Source: Tolypothrix carrinoi HA7290-LM1 (GTDB lineage: Bacteria > Cyanobacteriota > Cyanobacteriia > Cyanobacteriales > Nostocaceae). From it: a DNA stretch of 56,940 nt. Made by a program: the position numbers and the translations under genes. The first letter of the stretch is position 1; each line of letters starts with the position of its first letter. The notes under the pieces are model-generated. The model made no database searches, was not told where the DNA came from, and saw only the letters and a list, made by a program, of their open reading frames with translations. The DNA lies in NCBI GenBank assembly GCA_019358935.1, contig JAHHIK010000052.1, positions 1 through 56,940 on the forward strand, written 5' to 3'. Of the stretch, positions 21,613 through 31,264 are shown piece after piece.

Positions 21613-24600
21613 ATGGTAACTACGAATACAATCCGGTTTTCACAGTTTAATGCATCTTTGAACCGCAACGCTGAAGGTGAGTTGATCGCTGATTTATCTA
21701 CCCTAAATAATGCTCAAGCTGCATCGGTTGCGGAAATTATCCAGCGCACTAATGCGGATGTACAGTTAATTAATGAGTTTGATTACTTTGCAGAAGATCC
21801 GCTGAAAGCTGTTGAATTATTTCAGCAAAATTATCTTGGCGTGAGTCAAAATGGGGCAACTCCGGTAGAATATCCTTATGTCTACATTGCTCCGTCGAAT
21901 ACGGGTATCGCTTCCGGATTTGATTTAGATAATGATGGGAGGGTAGTTACGAATCCAGCAGAAGCGGGATACGGTAATGATGCTTTCGGATTTGGCAATT
22001 TCCCCGGTCAGTATGGGATGTTGTTGCTGTCGAAGTATCCTATCGATACTGCGAATGTACGAACTTTCCAGAATTTTTTGTGGAAAGATATGCCGGATTC
22101 GTTATTATCGACAATTAGCACTCCCGGTTCTGGAATTCCTTGGTATTCGTCAGAGGAACAAGCTGTTTTAAGGCTTTCTTCTAAAAGTCATTGGGATGTT
22201 CCTATCATAGTGAATGGCAAGACGATTCACGCTTTAGTTAGTCATCCCACACCCCCGACTTTTGATGGAACGGAAGACCGTAATGGTAAGCGCAATCATG
22301 ATGAAATCCGCTTTTGGGCAGATTACATCACACCAGGGAAGGGCGATTATATTTATGATGATACTGGAAAAATAGGCGGTATCTCAACTGGATCGAGTTT
22401 TGTTATCATGGGCGATCAGAATGCAGACCCTCTAGATGGTGACAGCTTCGATAATGCGATTCGCCAATTGTTACAAAATCCCAATATTAATACTAACTTT
22501 ATTCCTACGAGTGAGGGGGGTCCGCAGCAGGCGATATTACAAGGTGGTGCAAATCTGACTCAACGTGGAAATCCCGCTTTTGATACGGCAGATTTTTCAG
22601 ATACAGCACCGGGAAATCTCCGAACAGATTATGTTTTACCTTCTACTGATTTGCAAATTGAGAATTCTGGTGTGTTTTGGTCGTTAAATACTGACCCTCT
22701 GTTTTCTTTGGTGGGTACTTTTGATCCAAAACTTCCTGGTGGTTTTCCCTCTTCTGACCATCGTCAAGTTTGGGTAGATTTGCAGCTGGGCGCAACGGAA
22801 GCTGGTAAAACTGTTTCTAGTGTAGGATATGAAGGAGAGAAGATTTTCCCTACAAATTTTATTCCTTCTGGTGTAGCGGGAACGGTTAATGGTGTGGAAA
22901 CTCCTGTGGGTGGGTTGTCTGGTGTAACTTACGATGCTGTAAATAAACGCTTTTATGCTATTTCTGATGATAGATCGCAAGTTGCACCTGCGCGTTTCTA
23001 TACTTTTACTGCTGATTCAACAGAAGTTAATTTTACCAACGTCACTACACTCAAAGACGGAAATAACAACTTCTTTCCCCTCAACAGTTTAGATCCAGAG
23101 GGGATTGCTTTAACTAAGAATAATACTGTTTTCATCTCGTCTGAAGGTGAGGTGAATCCGAATGCGGGTAGGGTGACGAATCCTTTTATTAATGAATTCT
23201 CGCTTTCCACGGGACAGCAAATTCGCTCTTTACCTATACCGAAGAAATTCTTTCCAGTGGTAAATGACACGAATAATAACGGTGTTGTCGATGCAGGTGA
23301 TACTCAGGTATCGGGGATTCGGAATAATTTGGCTTTTGAAAGTCTGACGATCGCACCTAACCTTCATACATTGTACACCGCTACTGAAAGCGCTTTATTT
23401 CAAGATGGTGCGATCGCTTCTTTAACTAACGGTTCTCGCTCGCGGATTTTGCAATATAATCTGGTTACAGGACTTCCGGAAAAAGAATATCTATATAATA
23501 TAGATGCGATCGCTACAACCCCAAATCCCGCTACAAGTTCCGCTGATAACGGTTTGGTGGATTTACTCGCAATTGATAATCGAGGTACACTACTCGCTTT
23601 AGAACGTTCTTTTTCTGCTGGTGTGGGAAATACGATTAAGATTTATGAAGTTAGTTTGCAAGGTGCAACTGATATCAGCTTCATCGATTCGCTGAATAGT
23701 TTGAATTCTGAGGAAGTTGCGGCAATCAAACCTGTTGAAAAACGCTTGCTGTTAAATCTCAACTCGTTGAACTTACCCAACGGCACAGATAATATTGAGG
23801 GTATCACTTTCGGTCCGGTGTTACCAGATGGACGGCAATCGATTGTCTTGGTGAGTGATAACAACTTCAGTCAAAGTCAATTTACACAGGTTTTAACTTT
23901 GGGTGCAGATTTCATTCCTACCGCAACACCAACGGTAGAAACTCGTCCTGATTTATTTGACGACGAAACACTACCCATAGACCAACGTGCTGATGCTGAC
24001 GATCCAGCTATCTATGTTAATTCGACTGATTCCGAAAAAAGCTTGATACTCACTGCGGTGAAAAATGCCGGTTTGCGAGTTTATGATTTATCGGGGAATT
24101 TGGTACAGGAAGTCAATCCTGGGAATATCCGTTATAACAATGTAGACTTGCAGTATGGATTTAAGTTGGGTGGAGAGTCGATTGATATTGCTGTCGCAAG
24201 CGATCGCAATAACGATAAACTCGCAATCTTCAAAATCAATCCGAATAAACCCGGTGAGTATTTAGAAGACATCACCGATAGCAGCATCGGTACTTTATTC
24301 CAAGATTTACCCTTCTCTCCTCCTTATTCAGCATCAACGCGCAGTGCTTACGGTTTAGCATTATATCGCAGTCCTGTCACCGATGATTATTATGTCTTCG
24401 CCAATCGCAGAGCAACTGGAGATGTAGCGCAGTTTAAGTTAATTGACCAAGGTAATGGTAAGATTGGTGCTGAAAGGGTGCGGGAATTCACTTTAGCTTC
24501 ACCCACAACTCCCGGACGTTCTCCGCAAACAGAGGGAACAGTCGTAGATCAAGAACTTGGTTTTCTCTACATTGCCCAAGAAGATGTCGGTATTTGGAAG

Positions 24601-25566
24601 TTTCAAGCTGAACCTAATGGTGGTACAACTGGTACTTTAATCGATCGCGTCCGGTTTGAGGGTGGAAAAAATCTCACCGATGACGCAGAAGGACTAACTA
24701 TATATTACGGCAAAGATGGTACAGGCTACTTGTTAGCATCCAGCCAAGGAGACAGCACCTTTGCAGCTTACACCCGTGAAGGTAACAACGATTTCTTGGG
24801 TAGATTTGCCGTTGGGAATAACGGGTCAATTGATAGTGTACAACAATCTGATGGTGCAGATGTAATTAACGTTCCCTTGGGTTCTAAATTTCCCTTTGGT
24901 TTGTTTGTCACCCAAGATGGTGATAATTCACCCGCAAAGCTTGTCGATGGTGAAAACATCAAAACCAACTTTAAACTAGTTCCTTGGGAAAACATTGTTA
25001 ATGCTTTACCAAATGCGTTGACGATTGACACCACCAGCTACAATCCCCGCAATCCCGCTAACTTATTGGGTATTCAAGGGGGTGTCGTCAACGATACGCT
25101 GTATGGCACTGATAATGATGACACCATTTATGATTTAGGTGGCAATAACACGATTTACGCAGGGGAAGGCAACAACATCATCTATGCTCGCAATGGTAAT
25201 AATACTATATATGCTGGTGCTGGGAATGACATCATCAATGCAGGCGTTGGAAATAACATTATATTTGCTCTTGAAGGTAATAATACAATTACCTCTTCTG
25301 GTGTTGATACGATTTTTGCAGGTAGTGGAAGCGATCGCTTTATTTTGGGTGAAGGTGCTGGGATTGCCACGATTGTTAAGTTTGACGAAAGCGATGCCTA
25401 CGGCAACCCGAAGCGGGATCGCATCACTTTAACTGGTGGTTTAACTTTCAGCAATTTGAACATCAGCCAAAACGGTAACGACACCCTCATCAGTGTAGGT
25501 ACAGATTTGCTGGCAACTCTGAAATATACGCAATCTAGCACGATTACCAGCGCCATATTCGCGTAG
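21613..25566 (+). CDS. Multidomain phosphatase: EEP domain + phytase-like esterase + beta-propeller phytase + RTX tail
   Basis: FNASLNR, SSKSHWD, GDQNAD, SSDH (EEP); GGLSG, DPEGI, NIEG, VSDNNF (esterase); DADDPA, QTEG, DDAEG, SSQG, QDG (3-phytase); AGAGND repeats. Confidence 0.92.
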   Translation: MVTTNTIRFSQFNASLNRNAEGELIADLSTLNNAQAASVAEIIQRTNADVQLINEFDYFAEDPLKAVELFQQNYLGVSQNGATPVEYPYVYIAPSNTGIASGFDLDNDGRVVTNPAEAGYGNDAFGFGNFPGQYGMLLLSKYPIDTANVRTFQNFLWKDMPDSLLSTISTPGSGIPWYSSEEQAVLRLSSKSHWDVPIIVNGKTIHALVSHPTPPTFDGTEDRNGKRNHDEIRFWADYITPGKGDYIYDDTGKIGGISTGSSFVIMGDQNADPLDGDSFDNAIRQLLQNPNINTNFIPTSEGGPQQAILQGGANLTQRGNPAFDTADFSDTAPGNLRTDYVLPSTDLQIENSGVFWSLNTDPLFSLVGTFDPKLPGGFPSSDHRQVWVDLQLGATEAGKTVSSVGYEGEKIFPTNFIPSGVAGTVNGVETPVGGLSGVTYDAVNKRFYAISDDRSQVAPARFYTFTADSTEVNFTNVTTLKDGNNNFFPLNSLDPEGIALTKNNTVFISSEGEVNPNAGRVTNPFINEFSLSTGQQIRSLPIPKKFFPVVNDTNNNGVVDAGDTQVSGIRNNLAFESLTIAPNLHTLYTATESALFQDGAIASLTNGSRSRILQYNLVTGLPEKEYLYNIDAIATTPNPATSSADNGLVDLLAIDNRGTLLALERSFSAGVGNTIKIYEVSLQGATDISFIDSLNSLNSEEVAAIKPVEKRLLLNLNSLNLPNGTDNIEGITFGPVLPDGRQSIVLVSDNNFSQSQFTQVLTLGADFIPTATPTVETRPDLFDDETLPIDQRADADDPAIYVNSTDSEKSLILTAVKNAGLRVYDLSGNLVQEVNPGNIRYNNVDLQYGFKLGGESIDIAVASDRNNDKLAIFKINPNKPGEYLEDITDSSIGTLFQDLPFSPPYSASTRSAYGLALYRSPVTDDYYVFANRRATGDVAQFKLIDQGNGKIGAERVREFTLASPTTPGRSPQTEGTVVDQELGFLYIAQEDVGIWKFQAEPNGGTTGTLIDRVRFEGGKNLTDDAEGLTIYYGKDGTGYLLASSQGDSTFAAYTREGNNDFLGRFAVGNNGSIDSVQQSDGADVINVPLGSKFPFGLFVTQDGDNSPAKLVDGENIKTNFKLVPWENIVNALPNALTIDTTSYNPRNPANLLGIQGGVVNDTLYGTDNDDTIYDLGGNNTIYAGEGNNIIYARNGNNTIYAGAGNDIINAGVGNNIIFALEGNNTITSSGVDTIFAGSGSDRFILGEGAGIATIVKFDESDAYGNPKRDRITLTGGLTFSNLNISQNGNDTLISVGTDLLATLKYTQSSTITSAIFA
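25396..25419 (+). repeat. 24-bp small dispersed repeat inserted in-frame into a HIP1 site of the phytase gene (adds AYGNPKRD)
   Basis: GCGAT[GCCTACGGCAACCCGAAGCGGGAT]CGC; the paralogous copy at 32122 shows the empty site GAAAGCGATCGCATC. Confidence 0.8.
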
Positions 25567-25587
25567 TCATAAAAGTAGGGGGATGGT

Positions 25588-25724
25588 CAATACGGTTCGG
25601 ATAAGCAGGGGAAGCAGGGGAGGCAGGAGAAGAAAAATCAGTTCTTTTTTCCCCCCCTGCTTCTCTTCTCCCCCAGCTCCCCCTGCCTGCCTCAACGGAT
25701 AAATTTCTTAACTGAACCGTATTG
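25588..25724. mobile_element. MITE with terminal inverted repeats
   Basis: CAATACGGTTCGGATAAG ... CTTAACTGAACCGTATTG with internal GCAGGGG/CCCCTGC arms. Confidence 0.75.
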
Positions 25725-25805
25725 CTTTATAGCGCTGTAAAGCCGTTAACGCATTACCTCGGTTAATCCAGGCTTCGGCAATTTTCGGTTGAATGGCGAT
25801 CGCTT

Positions 25806-26174
25806 TTAATTTGAGTTTTTGTTTTCAGGATCGTAATCAACACAAAGAAATAAAGCAGTTAGTAATTCTTGCATAACGGCTGCTGATACTTTCCCTAAAC
25901 ACCCAACAAATCGCTGAGTTGTTACACTACGGACTTGCAAAACATTACCTGCTTTTGAGTCTAACCCATTTTCATCAGTTTGCTGAATGGAAATCATGAA
26001 AGGGCGATTTTGAAATTTAGGTTGCCATGTTGCCACCGGAACAATAATTCGCATTGCAATAGAACTGAAAATATCAGAACTAATTACAACAGCAGGGCGA
26101 GTTTTTTGAATTTCCTGTCCTCTAGTGGGATCGAGTTGCACTAGCCAAATCTCGCCTTTTTTGGGATTAGTCAT
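25806..26174 (-). CDS. PemK/MazF-family type II toxin
   Basis: PKKGEIWLVQLDPTRGQEIQKTRPAVVIS, QVRSV. Confidence 0.92.
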   Translation of the reverse strand: MTNPKKGEIWLVQLDPTRGQEIQKTRPAVVISSDIFSSIAMRIIVPVATWQPKFQNRPFMISIQQTDENGLDSKAGNVLQVRSVTTQRFVGCLGKVSAAVMQELLTALFLCVDYDPENKNSN

Positions 26175-26486
26175 TTACTCTATCTCCCAATCTTCGCCGT
26201 CTAAAACCGAAAACTCTGTTAATTCCGGGTCATTTAAGAAATCTTCGGCTGTAGCGGCGATAAAAGGTTCAAGTATTTTGTGACGTTCTGCTATGGGTAG
26301 CCTAGCAATTTCTTGAAGAGATAACCGTTTTGGTGGTTGGGATAAAGTTTCATTAGCTAAATGGTTTTGATTTGCAGTTTTTTGAACAAGAAACTCAACA
26401 AAATCTAGCACTTCTTGTTGCTTTTCATGGGAGAGACTTCGGAGATTTTCTAAGATGGCTTGTTCAATATTAATTATTTGTGACAT
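26175..26486 (-). CDS. DUF2281-like putative antitoxin
   Basis: LRSLSHEKQQEVLDFVEFL motif; stop abuts the toxin start. Confidence 0.75.
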   Translation of the reverse strand: MSQIINIEQAILENLRSLSHEKQQEVLDFVEFLVQKTANQNHLANETLSQPPKRLSLQEIARLPIAERHKILEPFIAATAEDFLNDPELTEFSVLDGEDWEIE

Positions 26487-26506
26487 ATTTTTTAATGGCT
26501 CATTAG

Positions 26507-28489
26507 CTATCCTTGAATCAATGCTTGAAATAGCTCATCATTCCGAATACTATCAAAATCAGAGTCAGTTTTTGCCTTTTCTCGATATTCATCAGGACTG
26601 AGAGTAATTGCTTGTTGTAGATTTTCTAATGTCTGCTCAATATTACCTTGAAGTGCATAATAGCAAGCTTTGTTGTACCAAGCACTTTGGTCATCAGGTT
26701 TAATTACGAGTGCTTTATCGTAGGATGCGATCGCTTCAGAATCGCGTCCTAATTTCTGTAGCGTATTCCCCCGGTTGTTCCAAGCTTCGTGGTAATCAGG
26801 TTTAATTACGAGTGCTTGATCGTAGGATGCGATCGCTTCAGAATCGCGTCCTAATTTCTGTAGCGCATTCCCCCGGTTGTACCAAGCTTCGTGGTAATCA
26901 GGTTTAATTACGAGTGCTTGATCGTAGGATGCGATCGCTTCAGAATCGCGTCCTAATTTACTTAGCACAATCCCCCGGTTGTTCCAAGCTTGGTGTAAAT
27001 CAGGTTTAATTGCGAGTGCTTTATCGTAGGATGCGATCGCTTCAGAATCGCGTCCTAAATTTCCTAGCGCAATCCCCCGGTTGTTCCAAGCTTCGTGGTC
27101 ATCAGGTTTAATTGCGAGTACTTTGTCGTAGGATGCGATCGCTTCAGAATTGCGTCCTAAATTCTCTAGCGAAATCCCCCGGTTGTTCCAAGCTTCGTGT
27201 TTATCAGGTTTAATTACGAGTGCTTGATCGTAGGATGCGATCGCTTCAGAATTGCGTCCTAAATTCTCTAGCGAAATCCCCCGGTTGTACCAAGCTTCGT
27301 GGTCATCAGGTTTAATTACGAGTGCTTGATCGTAGGATGCGATCGCTTCAGAATCGCGTCCTAATTTCCTTAGCGAAATCCCCCGGTTGTTCCAAGCTTC
27401 GTGGTAATCAGGTTTAATTGCGAGTACTTTGTCGTAGGATGCGATCGCTTCTTCATAGCGTCCTAAATTCTGTAGCGCATTCCCCCGGTTGTTCCAAGCT
27501 TGGTGGTAATCAGGTTTAATTACGAGTGCTTTGTCGTAGGATGCGATCGCTTCAGAATTGCGTCCTAAATCATCTAGCGCATTCCCCCGGTTGTTCCAAG
27601 CTTCGTGGTAATCAGGTTTAATTACGAGTGCTTTGTCGTAGGATGCGATCGCTTCTTCATAGCGTCCTAAATTCTGTAGCGCATTCCCCCGGTTGTACCA
27701 AGCTTGGTGGTAATCAGGTTTAATTGAGAGTGCTTTGTCGTAGGATGCGATCGCTTGCTTATAATCTTGTCCAGCAGACTGCAATTTTCCCAGGTTAATC
27801 AGTAAATCATATTGACGTTCAGGCGTTTGATGGTCTTCTGCTATTAATTCTTGATATTTTATTATTTGTTGAGTTCTTTCTTCTGGCGTTAGGGTGAGAT
27901 ATTTTTCATAATCTCCATCCTGCATGATGCGTGATGACTCTTGTTCTAAAGTTTCCGAATCTATAGGGAATTCAAAGAACCCAGAACGCCAATCAAAGAA
28001 ATCTGGCGCACGTTGAATAAAATATTTAATTGCAAATATCGGTAGCAAGAACACAAAACAGATATTAAAGTTCTCCTTAAACCGTTCTCGCTGTTGGTTA
28101 AGGTTAATTAAAACAGGTGGTACACCCTTCCAACTATATGAATATCTATCTATGCTATCCCAACCTGTTAACCTTTTGCACTCTTCATATTCATAAAATG
28201 AATGCTCTAATCCTGTAATAAATAAAATATTTATCTCTTTTTTCTTATCTAATTTATCAATTATTTCATATAAATTATTAACAGCTTGATCAAGCCGTAT
28301 AACTTCGATATTTTTATTAGTAATATCTTCTTTGATTTTGGTAATTAACTGCTCACCCTCAGCCGGAGAACAACGGACAAATAATAAACCAAAGCCTTCT
28401 GTAAAATTCAGCGTGCGGACTAAGGCTTGATATTCTTCATCTGGTTGTGATGGTAAATCCCGATCCCACTTTGTCAGTTCTAATGCCAT
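26507..28489 (-). CDS. TPR protein: N-terminal probable degenerate NTPase-like domain + ~11 near-identical 34-aa TPRs + capping repeat
   Basis: AWxNRGxxLxxLGRxxEAIASYDxALxIKP repeats; N-terminal FGLLFVRC..ILFITGLE..LNQQRE..RAPDFFDW. Confidence 0.9.
   Translation of the reverse strand: MALELTKWDRDLPSQPDEEYQALVRTLNFTEGFGLLFVRCSPAEGEQLITKIKEDITNKNIEVIRLDQAVNNLYEIIDKLDKKKEINILFITGLEHSFYEYEECKRLTGWDSIDRYSYSWKGVPPVLINLNQQRERFKENFNICFVFLLPIFAIKYFIQRAPDFFDWRSGFFEFPIDSETLEQESSRIMQDGDYEKYLTLTPEERTQQIIKYQELIAEDHQTPERQYDLLINLGKLQSAGQDYKQAIASYDKALSIKPDYHQAWYNRGNALQNLGRYEEAIASYDKALVIKPDYHEAWNNRGNALDDLGRNSEAIASYDKALVIKPDYHQAWNNRGNALQNLGRYEEAIASYDKVLAIKPDYHEAWNNRGISLRKLGRDSEAIASYDQALVIKPDDHEAWYNRGISLENLGRNSEAIASYDQALVIKPDKHEAWNNRGISLENLGRNSEAIASYDKVLAIKPDDHEAWNNRGIALGNLGRDSEAIASYDKALAIKPDLHQAWNNRGIVLSKLGRDSEAIASYDQALVIKPDYHEAWYNRGNALQKLGRDSEAIASYDQALVIKPDYHEAWNNRGNTLQKLGRDSEAIASYDKALVIKPDDQSAWYNKACYYALQGNIEQTLENLQQAITLSPDEYREKAKTDSDFDSIRNDELFQALIQG
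26694..27757 (-). repeat. 102-bp tandem coding repeats, each with a HIP1 site
   Basis: GCGATCGC at 26727 + n x 102 up to 27747 (11 sites). Confidence 0.92.
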
Positions 28490-28693
28490 AATCTTAGCCG
28501 TGCAATGCCAAATATTAACCGTTAATCAATACCTTATTCCAATTCTATGTGAGGCTGAACATTATCGCCCTCAGGCTGGAAGCCTGGGAGCAACGCGGGC
28601 ACACAAACAAAGCCTGCCGACCCAGGCTCATTATATGCATCTTTATATCGAATTGAGATTACAGCCCACGTTCGGCTTTGCCGTTGCCGCTAG

Positions 28694-28782
28694 TAGGGTG
28701 TGTAGGGTGTGTTATCGACGAAAGTACGGCACCAGCCTTTATGTTTTGGTGCGTTACGCCGTAGGCTAACGCACCCTACGTA
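28694..28782. repeat. REP-like palindromic element (GTAGGGTG.GTTA ... TAACGCACCCTAC)
   Basis: Terminal complementarity; related element at 49240-49318. Confidence 0.65.
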
Positions 28783-28895
28783 TATTTCTATTACACTTCG
28801 CTCCGTTCGCAATGACATAAATATTTTTGTTTAGGTATTTAGGCTGCGGAGGCAGCCTTTGTTCGTATAGCGACACCCTTCTAGGGTGTTGCATT

Positions 28896-30242
28896 CTAGG
28901 GTGTTGCATTCTCTGCCGGATACAGTCGATTAAAGGTATCTTGAAATTCTTTAATTCCCTTAATCAGAGGATGAATATCATACCACACTTGACTTTCTCC
29001 GTCTTCATTTAAATAACGATATTCTAAAATACAGCGATTAAATAATAAACCTCGGTACAATGCATCGTTTTCTACTTCTTTAGAATGATACACATTTGCC
29101 AGAGCTTCCCATTCATTAGCAAAAACAGTATTTCGATAAGTATTTCGCAACTCGCTAATTGAACGCTGTAAGGCTCTGGTAGGAATGGGCAGGCTGTTAG
29201 TATTTTTAATTGCCTCCTTCATTAATAATAATAAATTTCGCACATGACCTCCACTCATGAGGCATAGTCTTTCTAAAGCTTCTCGCTCCTCAAATATATC
29301 TACCACAGATAAACTAGGGTCGATTAAACTCAGACGTTTTTGCAGTATTTCTTTAACTTTATTAATTCCCCGTTGGTATGGTTGATTATTAGGCGTTTGT
29401 ACCATAATCATCGGCAAAACCTGAGTATTACCATAGATATTAGCTAAGTCTGTGGCGCGATTAGAATACAGCAAAGAAATAGGTACTGTGTAAAGCAAAT
29501 GGCAATCTAAAGCTTGGAGTTGTTCGCTACGGTCGAGAAAAATTTGGTCGTGATTGCTGCGTCCATCTTCTTGAGGTATAGGTACAATCCGGTCTAAGTT
29601 ATCAGCAATTAATACAAGTTGAGAATATCCTGAAGGTAAATTCTTTTTCGCATCTTGAATAAACTTATTTAAAGCTGCAATCAAAGTAATTGTATGCGGA
29701 TTAACACGCTCCCGAATTTTTTGACGTTGAGTAGGTTCTGTTCGCAAATTTGCCGTTAATTTGGCGAATTGGGCAATTTGCCCTTCTATACTTAAGCTTT
29801 GTAAGGAGACTTCAGTTAATGCCAAATCTTTTAAATCTTGCCAACGGTCGTTTAACCAGTTCAATAAACTAGTTGGCTCAGTGCTATCTTTTAATTTTTC
29901 TATTAAATGGCGCGTACAAGCTAAAAGAATATCAGTATATTGGGCATCTTCTGGATCAATATCTTGTTCATCAGCGGGAAAATAAACTACAAAGCAACCT
30001 TGCTCATTTAAAAATTGCTGAAGACGCAATAATTCTGTAGATTTTCCAGCACCGCGATGACCTGCATACAGTTGAGAGGTCATTCTGTCAGAATACAAAA
30101 TCTCTCTACCTACTTCTACTAATATATCACCCTCTCCCCGCACTTCTGTACAATCAACGTAAGCGGGATCTCCTGCGGGTAAGGGTCGAAATGGGTCAAA
30201 AGCATTATATATCCGCTTTAAAAAGGCAAAATCCTGGATCAT
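28896..30242 (-). CDS. P-loop ATPase of AAA+/STAND-like type
   Basis: Walker A GHRGAGKST, Walker B LVLIADNLD, SGGHVR helical motif, C-terminal WYDIHP. Confidence 0.88.
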   Translation of the reverse strand: MIQDFAFLKRIYNAFDPFRPLPAGDPAYVDCTEVRGEGDILVEVGREILYSDRMTSQLYAGHRGAGKSTELLRLQQFLNEQGCFVVYFPADEQDIDPEDAQYTDILLACTRHLIEKLKDSTEPTSLLNWLNDRWQDLKDLALTEVSLQSLSIEGQIAQFAKLTANLRTEPTQRQKIRERVNPHTITLIAALNKFIQDAKKNLPSGYSQLVLIADNLDRIVPIPQEDGRSNHDQIFLDRSEQLQALDCHLLYTVPISLLYSNRATDLANIYGNTQVLPMIMVQTPNNQPYQRGINKVKEILQKRLSLIDPSLSVVDIFEEREALERLCLMSGGHVRNLLLLMKEAIKNTNSLPIPTRALQRSISELRNTYRNTVFANEWEALANVYHSKEVENDALYRGLLFNRCILEYRYLNEDGESQVWYDIHPLIKGIKEFQDTFNRLYPAENATP

Positions 30243-30302
30243 AAATCAAAATTTATCAGGTTAGCGCCATATTATCGCAAACTTACAGAGATAGTTAGAA
30301 AA

Positions 30303-30693
30303 TTAAATCTTGATCGCCGTTTGGACATTGGCGTGACGGCTAAATTTTTTGGTTTTGCGGTGGTTCCCGTTGTTCACATCAAGCACAGCCGTGATAGAAC
30401 TGTGTCGGACGCGGTGTGGTGACCAAGCCCCGTTGGGGCGGGGTGTAGGGTATGGGGTGTGGGGTGTGGGGGAAGAGATAGCCCCAACAACCAGTGGGTC
30501 ACAAGCCCCATTCTTTAGGACGATTGCGTTGGTCGGGGAATCATACGCCCTGACCAACGCCGTCAACGAGACCTGCAACCCTAACCATGCAACCCCACAC
30601 CCTTCTTGTTGACATCTTTTTGGTGATGCCAGCTTGTTGGCTGAGTTTGTCCACGAAAGCCCGGATGCTTTCTCCGGTAAGGCGTTGCCCGTT
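30303..30693 (-). pseudogene. Tyrosine recombinase/integrase C-terminal remnant interrupted by a 190-bp element
   Basis: GQRLTGESIRAFVDKLSQQAGITKKMS | PHRVRHSSITAVLD..SRHANVQT; removing the insertion restores KKMSPHRVRH (HxxRH box). Confidence 0.8.
30420..30613 (+). mobile_element. MITE-like element with TGAC direct repeats inside the integrase remnant
   Basis: TGAC at 30420 and 30610; same CAAGCCCC..GGGGCGGG end as the 13519 element. Confidence 0.75.
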
Positions 30694-30870
30694 GAATTCG
30701 GACAGTCGTTTACTGAATTCGGACAGTCGTTTACTGAATTCGGGCAGTAGTTGATTGAATTCGGACAGTCGTTGATTGAATTCGGGCAGTAGTTGATTGA
30801 ATTCGGGCAGTCGTTGATTGAATTCGGGCAGTCGTTGATTGAATTCGGGCAGTCGTTGATTGAATTCGGG
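30692..30870. repeat. 21-bp tandem array (TTGATTGAATTCGGGCAGTCG, ~8.5 units)
   Basis: Nine GAATTC sites at exact 21-bp spacing (30694-30862). Confidence 0.92.
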
Positions 30871-30998
30871 GAACCACCAAGAATTTACATAAATCCATTC
30901 GATATTTTTGTAGTAAATAATTAAAAATATACTGAATAATGCGGGTGTCAAGTAACCCTAATTCTGTCTATCCTAGTGCTGTACAGTTCAGGGTAGAA

Positions 30999-31223
30999 AT
31001 GAACAGGGTGTAGGGGGTGGCTGAGTGGGTGTAGGAACTCTGCCCTTAAGGGCAGGGTTTCAAACTTGGACGCGCTCGTTCTCGCGCAAAGCGTCTCGAA
31101 ACACATATGAGTCTTTTTCTTTTCCCCTTGAAAGCTTGGGATTGTACCGAGTATGCAGGGGCTTTGTCTTTCCCCACACCCCACACCCCACACCCCACAC
31201 CCGCCCCAAAGGGGCTTCGGTCA
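30999..31223 (-). mobile_element. MITE-like element, same family as 13519-13798 (left boundary uncertain)
   Basis: Shared GGTACAATCCCAAGC and TTGAAAC..CCTACACCC internal blocks and TGAC-C.AAGCCCC end. Confidence 0.6.
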
Positions 31224-31264
31224 GTTTTTATCCTGGCAAATTATTAATAACAGGAAAGTGATTT

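Noticed and set aside
26507..28489. Diversity-generating retroelement acting on the TPR gene
   Set aside because: No reverse transcriptase or template repeat in the window, and variation is not restricted to adenines
30541..30951. 136-aa heptad protein as a functional gene
   Set aside because: Chimeric read-through of array, integrase remnant and MITE with no convincing start; kept only as part of the array finding
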